In this document: positions 38,491 to 50,770 of the stretch, one piece after another
Layout: each line of letters starts with the position of its first letter
Numbering within the stretch: the first letter of the stretch is position 1
Source of the DNA: Lama glama
Lineage: Eukaryota
DNA length: 64,000 nt
Direction of reading: 5' to 3'
Assembly: GCA_028534125.1 (NCBI GenBank)
Contig: CM052818.1
Coordinates: forward strand, 44,084,001-44,148,000
Translations under genes and position numbers: made by a program
The notes under the pieces: generated by a model
The model's input: only the letters and a program-made list of their open reading frames with translations
What the model was told of the DNA's origin: nothing
Databases searched by the model: none

Positions 38491-38880
38491 CAGTCGTACC
38501 GAGTGCCCCGGAAGGAAAAAACAGCTGTCTATGATCCTGGGTCAAAAAGAGATTTAAAAATAGGCTTAAGACACTAAAACCAAAGCAAACAAACAAACAA
38601 AGAGCAACTACAGCAAAGCATCCTGGATGCAGATCCTGACTCCAGGGAAAAGAGCTACTTCTGCTGGAACTCCGCTTCTGCTGAAAGAGGAAGCAGGGCT
38701 GTTATAAAAGCAGGGCTGTTATAAAAATGAATTCGACAGAGGCTGGGAAATGAAATGGATGTAGCTGCAAAGTATGATTAAAACACAGACATTTTGCAGA
38801 GCTGATTGCTGCTGTGTCTCTTTTGTGGTTTTCTTTTTTCCTGAAACTGTGAACTCCTTGAGGAAAGTAACTCTTCAGCC

Positions 38881-38908
38881 TTCAGTTTCCTGCCACCAAG
38901 GGGGCACA
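38881..38908 (+). promoter_or_regulatory. Possible CTCF site
   Basis: gccaccaagggggcac is an imperfect match to CCASYAGRKGGCRS. It is preceded by ttcagtttcc, which resembles the upstream CTCF motif. Confidence 0.35.
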
Positions 38909-39028
38909 GTTCAGTTGGTTAAAACAGGGCACCTGTGCCCAATGTTTAGTTGCCTGCTGTTTTTAAAATCTATTTGGATATTCATTGTGTTTCCGAAGGT
39001 ATCCACGAGTCTTGAAGCTCACACTTTC

Positions 39029-39161
39029 TTTTTTTTTGTTTAATTGAAGCATAGTCAGTTTACAATGTGTCAGTTTCTGATGTACAGCACAATGTTTCAG
39101 TCATAAGTTTACATACATAAATCCATTTTCCTATTCGTTTTCGTTATAGGTTATTACAAGA
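39029..39161 (-). mobile_element. Short L1 3' stub
   Basis: ttaattgaagcatagtcagtttacaatgtgtc... 16-bp TSD tgaagctcacactttc (39013-39028) / tgaaactgacactttc (39162-39177). Confidence 0.9.
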
Positions 39162-40064
39162 TGAAACTGACACTTTCAACATAAGGAAGTAAATACAGAG
39201 AAGTCTGGAGATTTGACTAAATTCACATGGAAAGGTAGAATTGAATGCTTCCGGGTCCTGACGTCCCCTGATCAGGCCAGGACTGGCTCAGTCATGCGGG
39301 TGGGACTGGGCAGGGAAACTGGGGCACTTTGGTACATGCAGCCTTAGAAGCAGAAGGCTTGGAGGGGGGGTGGGAAAGGCTAGGCTTGGGTCTGGGTTGA
39401 GCTAATCCTCTGTGGCGAGGCCTGTCCCCAGATGTGCACCGGAAATGATTATGTGGGACAACTGTCTAAAGGAGGCCCAGGGCACCACATGGCAGAAAGG
39501 AGCCGGTCCCTCTGTGAGGATGAAGGGATGGGGAGGGGAAAGTGCAGGGAAGGAGGCAGGAGAGGCCAGGAGGGGAAGAAACACGGAAGCCAGGGGCACC
39601 TGGAATAGACAGGGTGGGAGGGTGTGGGAGTTACCGGAGAAGGGTCACAGTTGCTTCCTGCAGTGCTGGGCTGGTTAGTAAACCCCTCTCAGAAAATTAG
39701 AATGAGGGACACCTTTGAATATATCCATTGTCCGTATAGGTAGAAAGAGTAAAAGAGGAGACCCAATGCTTAGGATTCAGACAAATACATCTTTTACATT
39801 TTCTACTGTAATTTTTGAAAAAAATTAAACTGTAAATAAATGGAGAAAATATGCAAGTCCTAACTATCAGCTCAATGAATTTTCACCAGGTGAACACAGC
39901 CATATTCTTAATACTAAGATCAGAAACAAATGTGAGAAGCAGCCAGAAGCCCCCTTGCACCCCTCCCAGTCGCTGTCATCCTCTAAGGATGACCACGGTC
40001 TGACTTCCTGCATCTCAAATGACTCAAAACGACCCCCAACGCTGAACCGGCATTGTCTGGAGCA

Positions 40065-40245
40065 GAAGGCAGATGGGACTTTGCAGTGCTATTTACTAAC
40101 TGCGTGACCTGACCAACGCCACTTTTTCACCCTGAACTCCAGCTTCCTCGTTAGTAAAGTGGGGACAAGGTACTGAGTCAGTGGTGCTGTTGTCCAAGTA
40201 AATGAGATGATACCTAAACAGGTGCTCACTCAGGATCTGGTGCCT
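40065..40245 (+). mobile_element. MIR SINE
   Basis: tttactaactgcgtgacct...cagcttcctcgttagtaaagtggggacaa...taaatgagatgata. Confidence 0.65.
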
Positions 40246-41242
40246 GTTAAGCATTGGTTGGAGGGTGGGGTGCAGTATTTGTGGGAATAAAAATGAGAAT
40301 GGGTAAGTGGCCTATTTGACCAGACACAGACATGAATTTTTGAGGCATGAAAGAGGAAGCTTCTCTGACACCCAGTGGGGAGTGGGCTGTGACTGGAAGA
40401 GCCTGGAACAGGGAAGGCAGAGGGCTCAGGCTCTCTGACCAGCGCTACCTCCAACTTGCTCGGTGACCTCTCACCTGTCGCCTTCCTTCCCTGGGTGTCA
40501 CCTTCCTTCCTCAGTTTCCTCTCCTATATAATTTATGGATTCTATAATAAGTTTTTCCTTCTACTAATCTAGCTAGAAAGCACTGTGAATCTATACTTAG
40601 CTAACTTGGAAAAACATTGGATAAAAATAAAGAGTAATTGCAGGGCCCAACAATACAGACAAACTGAAATACATTTAAGAACTGTACAAAGGTATAGCAA
40701 GAACTCAAAAACCATCTCATAGAAGGGTAATAATTCTGCAGAGGTTAAATGTAGCTGTAATAGACCCAGAGGGACCAGGAAGGGTACCCATGCAGTGGAG
40801 ATGGATGGATATTCTGTGTGATGTTACAACTGCAACACCGAATGCAGACCAATAATCCGAACAAATGTAGAGAATGGCTCAGTCGGAGGCATAATCGTCC
40901 CAACGCTGACAGCCTGGAAGTTCCAGGAGGCGGTGCCCGTGCTGCGCCAGGAGGTGCGAACGCAGACGTGGGATGCCCTGACTGGTGGGGGTGGGCCTTC
41001 CAGCCTTGAGCCCGTGAGTCCAAGAACCTGGTGGCAAAGAGCTCAAATCAAGGAAATACCCACCAAATAGTCTATGAACTGTTCCAAAACTCATCCAGAA
41101 GGCATTCAAATGTGATTGACATTCAAATGCGATTGACATTCAAATGCTTGACTTACAATTCATTCCTTACTTAGACTTTGAATTAACATGCATAGGCAGA
41201 TTATTAGAAATTAACATTACTTCCAAAAAAAGCATAGTCTAC

Positions 41243-41410
41243 ATATATATTTAACATTTATAAATATATGTATTTAATATTGATAAATATATCTTTAACA
41301 TGTATAAATATATAATATTCATAAATATATATATTTAACATACATAAATATATATTTAAATATATTTATATATTCATATATATATAAAACATTTATAAAT
41401 ATATATATTT
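41243..41410. repeat. AT-rich minisatellite (~20-22-bp unit atatatatttaacatttataa)
   Basis: About 7-8 degenerate copies. Confidence 0.8.
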
Positions 41411-42307
41411 CAAGGTTCCTCATAGTATAAATAAGGTCAAAAAATCCCTTAGGAGGACTAGGAAGTTAAATTCTCTCCTCACTCCTGTGCCCTACAATGG
41501 ACTCATTTGTTACATTAATTTTAACACTGTACTTTATAAGGTGAAACTATGAAAGAAATGAGATACTATGAAAGCATTGGTTGGAGGGTGCTTTCAACCA
41601 ATTTGAAAAATTTTCATTGTGTTGAAAAAGAACAAGAATAATAATAACTGTTTCTTGGGAGAGAAAGTTTTACTTTTGCCGGCCAGTAAATTCTGAGATG
41701 GATTTATCCTATAAGTCTGCTAGACCTCACAGGACCATCTCAATCTCTCGACTTCTAGCATATTTCTCTGCACATTATACCAGCTTGCGTATTTCACCTT
41801 TCTTTCCACTTCAAAAGATTTCTTACAGCACCTGCTCAAAGGGCCAGATCACAGAATCCTCCCATTCAGTTATGGATCTATTCATGCATTTACTTAAAAA
41901 TATCTCCCAGTGTCTGTGAGTGTTGGATGCTGAACTTTCAAACATGAAAGGAGGGTTCAGTCCTGCCCTCCAAGTGACCACAAGCTCGGGGAAGAAACAG
42001 AAGCCCAGGCACACAGGTGTCACACAGAGATCTAAACCCAGGCCAGCCCAAGAGGGGGCCTCCCAGAGGACCAGGACCCACAGAGCGTGCTTCCATCTCC
42101 TTTGGTCAGAGACTTGTCTATCGGCTGTTTGCAGTGTGGATCTGAGCCCGGACGGATGACATCCATGCAGAGGAAAGTGTGAGCATCAGGCCTCCTGGCC
42201 ACCCAGCCAGGCCCCGGTTTCCACCAAGCAGGGGAGACTGAGGGTTGAGGGACACTGAGGGCAGCCAGGTCAGCTGCGTGGGGAAGACAGGGAGACAGAC
42301 TGTCTCT

Positions 42308-42483
42308 CTTTTTAATTTTTAAAAGTATTTTCAATTTCTCATAGTCACATTGAATTGTTTTGATTTTTTTTTATCTCAGGGGGAGGTAATAAGGTTTGTT
42401 TGGTTTGAGGTGTTGGGGATTGAACCCAGGACCTCATGCATGCTAGGCACATGCACTACCACTGAGCTACACCCTCCCCTCCC
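42308..42483 (-). mobile_element. tRNA-Ala-derived SINE (Vic-1 type) with an extended 3' region
   Basis: ggggattgaacccaggacctcatgcatgctaggcacatgcactaccactgagctacaccctcccc. Probable TSD agactgtctct (42297-42307) / agattgtctct (42486-42496). Confidence 0.9.
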
Positions 42484-43949
42484 TGAGATTGTCTCTTAAC
42501 CACAACTAAGGGATGGGAGAAAAATAGAACAAGGCAGCTAAGCCAGGGAAGAGGGTGCCCCATCCCCTACGTCCTGCACCCCTCACGCCACATCTCTCCC
42601 CGAAAGGCAAATTCTAGAAAAGCCTGTGGAGGCACCAGGAGCAGAATCCTAAAGTGGTGGTGAGGAAGGAGTCACTTCTAGGGCCAACAGTGCAGCAAAG
42701 GGCCGGGATAAGTTGTCCGAGGCTTTCTTCGTTGGCCCACCCGCTTCGTTAAAGGGCCAGGATTGGAGCAAACACGTGATAAGGGATAAAAATAGATTCA
42801 CTAACTTAACATCTGCCTTTACTTTAAATACAGATTTGAGATCTGCGAAGCCGTATCCTGTCAGTGACATCTTAAATTCGTCCTTTCTTATCCTGGGCTG
42901 CAGTCTCCTTGCTGTAAAACAGGTAACCATGCGTCAGCTTCTGAGGATTAAATGAGATCCTAAGCGTGAAAGCACTTAGTAAACTGTCAAATGCCCTTCG
43001 GTATTCTTAATCCTGTAATCAAACTTTTAAACCCTTTTTTAAGCCTTTATATCGTTAAGAAGTTCTTGAGTTTCTCTGTGGTGCCTTTCTCCATTAGAAA
43101 TGTATTGATCTTAGTGCGTCTTTTGTCCCCTTCAGGCTTTTCGATTTCAAACCCAGTTTTCAAGTCTGGAATCGGGGCAGGCAAGAGAAAGAATATAAAT
43201 TTTGCAAACCTCTGATGTAACGATTTCTAATCCCAGCTCTGCCCTTTCAAAGCGGAGTGACCTTGAATAAGTCACGTAGGCCTTCCGTTTATTGATCTAT
43301 GAAACAGAAGGAAAAACACAGCTTTGCCTGTTTTAGGGTTAGAACACACTACTGTGATCAATTCTGAAAACAAGAGAATTGTTATCGCTCCCGTTGGATC
43401 CATACCACTGAAAAGTTCCTCGTGGAACAGACTAGAGATGTCTTTTGCCCCAGCTTCTGTGAATATCAAGCCCAGCCCCTCGGAGTTTGCTAAGGGAAGC
43501 GGAACGCTGCCGTTTGTAAGAGAGCGCCTGGGTGGCAGGCTGCCTGGCTCCCTGTCAGCATCCCCCAGCCCTCGCTTGTGTTAACACCAGGCTTGTATGG
43601 ATATCCGCACGCATTTGTTGGCTCGGGTCCCCCTTCGCGGGCGATAGATTGCTTCTACTGAAGCTGCCAGTGCAATATTTTGAAAATAGACATCCATTTC
43701 TAGAAGAAAAGAGATCCAAATACGATTTTTTTTCTCTTTTACATTAAAAATCATTATAATATCAATGTCTTTCACGTTGGTGTGATTTCTGAAGTTGTTC
43801 TGTAAGTCTGTCTTGCAGTGACCTCCCACAGGTACAGAGGAGGGAAGTGTCTTTTCAGGGAAACACCTGTCGAATCACTCACATCTGCACAAAGAGTCTG
43901 GAACAGGGTGTCCCTGGAGCAGCCTTTTAGTTTCACAGACTTAACCTTG

Positions 43950-44408
43950 TGTTATGGGTTGAGTTGCGTTCCCCCCAAATTGCTATGTTGAAGTACCAGC
44001 CCCTAGTACCTCAGAATTATTTGGAATTATTTGGAAATAGAATCTTGGCAGATGCAATTAGTTGAGCTAGGATGAGACCATACTGGAGTAGAGTGAGCCT
44101 TCAACTGATGCAACTGTGTCCTAATAAAGAAGGAAGGGTTAACACAGACACGCCCACAAGGAGAACGCCGTGCGAAGGTGAAGGCAGAGACGGGGTGAGG
44201 CATCTAAGAAGCGGAGCTTGTCAGCAAACCACCAGAAGCCAGGGCAGACGCCTGGAGCAGACTGTCCCTCACAGCCCTCGGAAGGGACCAGCCCCACCTA
44301 CATCTTCATCTGGGACTTCCGGCCTCCGCAGCTGAGACAAGAAGTATCTGTCCTTTAAGCCACCCAGTCTGTGGCACTTCGTGACAGCAGCTTTGAAAAA
44401 CGAATATG
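43950..44408 (+). mobile_element. Complete MaLR solo LTR (MLT1B/C-like)
   Basis: tgttatgggttgagttgcgttcccc...tttaagccacccagtctgtggcacttcgtgacagcagc. 5-bp TSD ccttg / ctttg. Confidence 0.9.
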
Positions 44409-44829
44409 CTTTGTGGGGGCCTGACATTCCAGAGAGTCAGAAATGATTAGCGGTGGAAGGTGCACTTCAAAATCATCCAGTGTTATCACCTCTCGATCCA
44501 GAAGGAAGTAATATCTAGCATGCTCCCCTCAGACTTAGAGGTGAGCGGCTGACCAGAAGTCGGGACTCCTGGTAACCAGGAGGATGGTGTGTGTTTGTAT
44601 AACGCCACTGCACCCTCTGCCAGGAGAGAAGTGCCAGGGAAAGGTTCAAGTTATTCGGTATGAAAGTACCGCCAGCCTGGAAAGCTCCAGGGTTCCTGCT
44701 CAGTTCCTGGAGGCGCCCACCTCCCGTCCACATCGCCCAGGTGTAGATGCCCCGTCTCTAGTTCAGACCCTTCCAGGGTGCTTCCTGGGCCCCGGGCCTG
44801 CCCTTCTCCTGGGTGCTGAGCAGAGAATT

Positions 44830-45140
44830 AGAAGTTATAACTAGAAAGCTCGTCCCCCAGATATCCGTATGTCTCTCTCACCATCTTTCAGCCTTTGCTC
44901 GAACATCACTGGTTCCCCTTCCTCCTTCTGCTCCACTTCTTTCCAAACAGTGCTTCTAATGGTACTGATACATCCAGTTTATTCATGTTTATGGACTGGG
45001 CCTCCCTGCTAAAACGTAAGCTCGAGGAAGTTAGGGGCCTTCTTCTGATCGGTTCACTGCTGTATCCCAAATGCCTAGAACAATACTACCTCCCACATAC
45101 TGGGCTTCTAATATTTTTTGTTATTGTTGAAAGAATGTGT
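44830..45140 (+). mobile_element. L2a 3' end
   Basis: ctaaaacgtaagctcgagga...ggttcactgctgtatcccaaatgcctagaaca...tgttgaaagaatg. Confidence 0.75.
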
Positions 45141-45524
45141 ACCTATTTTAAAAATATCTTCATTTAAATACTTCCAATGTTACTACTGAATTTATCCCTT
45201 TGCTGTTTTGGAAGACAGCCTCATAGTGAGGTCTCAGCCACCACGGGGACCTCTTGATTCTGGCAACCTTGGCTCTTGGTCTAGTGGCCTGGGTTAAAGG
45301 CCAGGGCTGCATCTAATTGAGAAAAGGTCCAAAAGGACCCCGAAGGAAGCATTGATGGAGACAATGAAGCCTTGGCATTTAACTGGTAACAACTGCTCTT
45401 TGGTTGTTTCCAAATGTGTTTACAGTTGTTCTTTCTTAAAACAATATTATATTTAGGGAATGGTGACCAAAAAAAATTTAGAGAAGCAGATCTAAATATT
45501 CTCTCGAGTGACATAGGTTAAAAA

Positions 45525-45950
45525 GGTGGCAACTAGCCACATGTGGCTGTTTGCATTTAAATTAATTAAAAGTGATTCAAAAAAGACTCACAGACATAGA
45601 AAACAAACTTCTGGTTTGTTCGAGATTTGCAGATACTAACAGCTACTGTATATAAAGTAGGTAAACAACAAGTTTATACTGTATAGCACAGGGAACTATG
45701 TTCAATATCTTATAGTAACCTCTAATGAAAAAGAATATGAAGATGAATATATGTATTTATACGTACAACTGAGACATTATGCTGTGCATCAGAAATTGAC
45801 AAAACATCGTAACTGACTATACTTCAATAAAAAAATTTGAAAAAAAAAGAAACGACAAAAAAAGATTCCACTGCTGGAGCACATCAAGTCTCCTCGTTGT
45901 GGCTGGCAGCCGCCAGATCAGACAGAGAACGTTTCTGTCACCATGGGTAA
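45525..45950 (-). mobile_element. MER3-like hAT MITE split by an L1 insertion
   Basis: actagccacatgtggctgtttgcatttaaattaattaaaa to the left of the L1 and tgtggctggcagc...agaacgtttctgtcacc to the right. Confidence 0.6.
45580..45863 (+). mobile_element. L1 3'UTR end with an internal deletion
   Basis: agactcacagacatagaaaacaaactt...ctgtatagcacagggaactat...cttcaataaaa plus an A tail. The G-rich tract present in the other copies is missing. Confidence 0.9.
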
Positions 45951-46465
45951 AAGGGCTCCGTGTTGTTTCTTCATATCTGGATGTTTTAACATCATGAAAT
46001 GAAGGTGTCGTGATGAACAGTGGAAGTTTTCCCTCCTGCTTCCTTGGATCACACGACCCACTGGCCAAAGTGACTCAGGCCAAGTAGACTCAGCTGAGCT
46101 TTATGCTGACTTTCTTCCGTAACGACTTAGCAGATGTGTGGACAACAGGAAATACGAGAAGATGTTTTAGCCAGGTTATGGTATCAGTTGTTCAGATCCT
46201 GGGATTTCTTAACCCATCAGCAAGAGAAGCATTGCAAGAAAGGATCCAGAAGAACGTGAAGTTTGGGTGAGTTCAAGCAGATACAAATGGCTCCGAATGA
46301 CTGAGATTCAGGGTCTCTGTGGGGTGCGGGCTTGGGCCATGAAAGCCATAGAAAGAGTTCTTCCGGTTCAAAATTCGAAGTCTCTTTCTCATTCTGACCT
46401 CATTTCACCTTTACTGGAGCTGACATCATTCCAAGTTTCCTTTCAGTACTGACTTAGATCTGACA

Positions 46466-46805
46466 CAAGAGTCAGCAAACAGTTTCTGTAAAGGGCCAGG
46501 CAGGCGCTATTTCAGGCCCATGGGCCATTTGGTCTCCATCACAACTACCTTTCTCTCCTGTCCTGGAGGAAAAGCCACAATGGACCATACACAGATGGAT
46601 GGGTGTGGTTGCATTCCAGTAAAACTGTGTTTCTGAACACGGAAATTTGAATTTCATAGAAGACCCATGTGTCATGAAACATTCTTCTTCTTTCGATTTG
46701 TTTTCAATCATTTAAAAATGCGAAAGACGTTCTTGAATCGCAGGCTATATAAAAACAGGCAGTGGGCCAGAGTTGCCCTGTTCAGGATATTACGCTGACC
46801 TCTGG
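46466..46805 (+). mobile_element. MER58B-like hAT-Charlie MITE
   Basis: gtcagcaaac...tctgtaaagggccag...gcattccagtaaaact...aaaaacaggcagtgggccag. Confidence 0.8.
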
Positions 46806-48969
46806 GGGTTTTTTTAATTGAATGATTACATCATTGTGAAAAGGACTTATATTCATGACAGCAATTTCCTTTTTCTTTTTGAAGTGGCACATATTGTGAT
46901 GAAATAAAAATAAAGGTATGAGGCTCATGTTTTCAACAATTTTTCCATAAGCACTCGGAGACCTTGAAAATACTGTTGACCAAGTCCTTGTTGGTCTAGT
47001 CAAGGCTAACGAATTTTAATTTTGTACCACCCCCAGGCACTGAAACAAACCCACACGGTTAGAACAAACAAAGTAAAATAAAACAAGGCTGGAAGGCCCT
47101 GGTGTTCCTAGATCCCTTCTTGCCTCTGTAATAGAAACCTAGAAATAAAGGTCTCTCTCAGGCGCAGCCCTCGGTGGTGACCACCAGTTAATTGTGAGAA
47201 TTCCCAGAGTCACTGAACTGAAAAAAAGTTTGGACTTCCTTCTGTTTAATTTTCCCTTATCAGAAGTCATCCTCTCCCTAAAAACACCCGAATGAATCAA
47301 CACCCCAGCTAACGCATTAAACGAAATTATTTGTTCGTAAAGTGATTTCTTCCTAATTTTCAAGGTCAGGCAGATTTATTTTGGATAATTTGGGGGGGAA
47401 ATGACCTAAATGACCTAATGAGGAGAACAAAAGTCACCAAAATCTCAGAACCTGGAGATACCACTATAAACCAGAGGTTGTTTCTTATACCTAATGGGGG
47501 TCAGACCCAAGTTACATATCTACAGCCTGATTTTTTTTTACTCAGCATTATACTCTGAACATCTCCCCATGTAATTATAAAGTTCTTGGATTTTTTTTCA
47601 TTGATCACAGAATTTTGTACAGATATATGTTTATTTTTTTACTGAAAACGGTATTGTATTCAGTCAACAAATATTTGTCCCCCTTGATGCCTGGGACTGG
47701 CCTAGACACCAAGGGCCATGGAGACGAGCCTCCTGTCCTCATGGTGCTGATGCTGGACAACTTTTATGTGTAAGCCTGGGGCTGCGTCCTGTGTTCTTCA
47801 GATGAACACACAGGTTTTCTGCTCCCTGGAAGCTTTCCGTTAGTGAGGGAGACAGGCGGGTGATCCAACAATAATTATAGACAAGTTTCTGTACCTACAA
47901 AGGAGGGGGAGCGTCTCTGAGGACGGAGGTGGAGCGGAGGGCAGGGAGAACTTCTTCAGAATAAATGCACAGTTCAAACGGCTTTGTTTTTTGCTCTAGT
48001 CCAAAATACCTAGACACAGACCATGCTGCATCCAAGTGGTATCATTCTGCCCAAAAGAGTCTGGCCTTGTTAGTCATTTAGAGAAGACTTAACATTTAAG
48101 ATGAACTTATAGAGGAGGCAAGATACCAGTTCTCTCGCCAGACAACAAAGGGAGCAGCATCGTTCAGTGGAAATTACTTTGGACCAGGATTCCACTGCCT
48201 TCAGTCCTGATCTCAGGATTAATGGACATGATGGCAGGAAATGGCAGTGCTCTCAGTAAACATTTTCTGGGGCCTGTCATCTCAGCTGACCAGCATCTCC
48301 TCCAGGGATGATGCTGGCTCTGCCTGGCGCAGAAGAGATGCTAATTATGTGTTGAACAAATTAGCATAATCTTACCCTCCCTGCCTAGAATGTCTGCTTG
48401 ATTTTCACCAAGTTGTTATGAGATTTAACTAAGATGCTATTTAAGAAAGCATTGCGAAAAGAAATATGAAGTGTTACAATAGCTCATTTTAAGACAAAAA
48501 CATCACATTGTTCATGAAGAAGTTTCTAAATTTTCCAAGATGATTTCACGTGTTATAATTGTTGTTATTTTTAACTACAATTCAAGCAGACTTTTTCTGA
48601 ATACCTTATCTCTTCTATAAAACATGACTGTCCAGGAGCTTCCAAAACATCTTCAGAGATGGGGGACTAAATTCAAATCCCAGACTGCGCACACGAAGAG
48701 CAAGAGATTTAATAACTATGCACCTCCATTTCTTCTGCAAAACTCTTCCTCATAGTATGGCTCTGGGGAATCCAAGACATACGATGAGATGGTGTATGTA
48801 GAGCGTCCAGCATCGCAGCACAAATTAAGCACTGAATAGCTACTTTATTAGCATTATTATAATTAATATAATATTACTATAATAAGTACTAATAATAAAG
48901 TAAAATATTACTATTATTATTACTACTAATAAATTATTACTTGATTATTATCATTGCTATGTCATACCA

Positions 48970-49133
48970 TTTTATTTCTTTTTTAAATTAATTAATTTAT
49001 TTTTTTATTGAAGTATAGTCAATTATAAAGTGTCACTTTCTGGTGTGCAGCACAATGTCCCAGTCATGCATATACATACGTATATTCACTGTCATATTTT
49101 TTTTTAGTAAGGGTTATTACAGGATACTGAACA
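48970..49133 (-). mobile_element. Short L1 3' stub
   Basis: ttttattgaagtatagtc...tttctggtgtgcagcacaatg...ggttattacaggatactgaaca. No clear TSD. Confidence 0.85.
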
Positions 49134-50369
49134 ATGCAAACTGGGTTTTCATTAGCCCAGCACACTGGTCTCACGCCTGATTGCTGGGTCCTCAGGAGCC
49201 GTCCTCACCCACACAGCCGCTCACTCATGTCCCTCCCATCTTATATTTTTCTAGCTAAGTGCTTAGATTTAAAAACAGGCCATTTCAAAACACATGTTTT
49301 GAAAATGTGAATTTGTTTCGGCATGACTGATGTGTTAGGGAATCATCTGAGTATAATGTGAATACGTGTTTGTGTCTGCAGGATTTCGTCTGCAGGAAAC
49401 TGCGTTCAGCTGACCGAGCTCCACGGGAATACACAGAAGGCGTAGACCTCACACACCTACCAGCTCCCGCAGAGGCTGAACGTGTGGTGCCCACACCCAG
49501 CCGCGTCTGCTACGAGAATTTTCTCTCCAATTTCTGGTCACCCTCTTTCCCCTACTTCACTACAGCTCCCAAGCTGCCCTCCTTCTGACACCCACTCCCA
49601 ACCAGCAAATTCCAGACCTTCTCCAAGGAGGAGTGTCGTATCCACTGTGGGACGCGTGTATGTCTTCCCCACTTAATGTGTGTGTGTGACTCTGAACTAT
49701 TTTTAGTATATAGGTGCCTGTCTTTGTGAGCTTGTGCCATGGATGACATTTTTGTGCTTTAAATCCTCTTTTTTCCCAAGTCCTGTGTTTTTCACACACA
49801 TTTTGCACAGAGCTGTCATTTTTAGGGGCACATCTATTGTGTTACGGCAGAACTTACTCTGTAAGACTTTGTGTTCTTTCCTATTTTATCTTGCTAGACC
49901 TGGGGTCTATTGAGATCAAGTTTGCTATTTTTGTGTTTTTGGTTTTTTTTTTTTTTTTTGCAAAGTTCTATCAGATGTTCCAAGCAAGTGTTTTATTCTA
50001 ATTTTACAGGCGGCTTATCTGGGGGTTGGAGAGAGTAGAGCCTCGCTTCGCTTTTCATAAGTGGGCGGTGAAATAAGAATTAGAATCGCCTTGTGTCTTC
50101 TGTCCCGGGGAAGCAGCAAGTTGCCATGTCAACAGTACGGTCTTTGGAGTGGAACACATCTCGACTTGAAGTTCTGCTCAGCAAAATCCTTCCGCCTGCG
50201 TGCCTTCAGTAAACTCCTCAAATCTCCTCACATGGAAACATCAGGAAAATGACCCTCACTTCTCAGTCATTCTGGAAACTGAGCCACAAAATGCTTGAAA
50301 AAGGCCAATCTAGTGCCTGGGGCAGGGAAGACATATTTGTCCTCCCCTCTTTCCTTTGTATAATAATGA

Positions 50370-50525
50370 CCAATAAATTTTATTGAGCACATATTTTGTG
50401 GCAGGAACTGTTGTAAGCATTTTTCATGTATTAACTAATTGAACCTTTATGGCAACCCTAGGCAGAGGGCTCTGTTATTATTCCTGTTTCACAGGCAAGC
50501 AAACAAATGCACAGAAAGGTTAGAA
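50370..50525 (-). mobile_element. MIR SINE
   Basis: tttattgagcac...gtggcaggaactgttgtaagcatttt...caaccctaggcag...ttattcctgtttcacag. Confidence 0.75.
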
Positions 50526-50770
50526 GCCTCCTTATATTTTGCACCCAAGGCTGGTATCTTACTCGTCAAACCCTTGCCCCATCCCAGCCCTCCTACTCTT
50601 CCTTCCCAGAAAGGAATGTCTGGGAAGCTCTGCAGTCACCTTCTGATGCACGGTTCTCCACGGGGAACACTAAAGATATTCCCACTGATGACTCAAATGA
50701 TGAATAACCTGAATAATGAACACCCAGGATCATTTGACAGAGATCCAAGAGAAAAAGGGAGAATCCCTAA

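Noticed and set aside
41103..41410. CRISPR-like array
   Set aside because: Tandem repeats without unique spacers, in a mammalian context with no cas genes.
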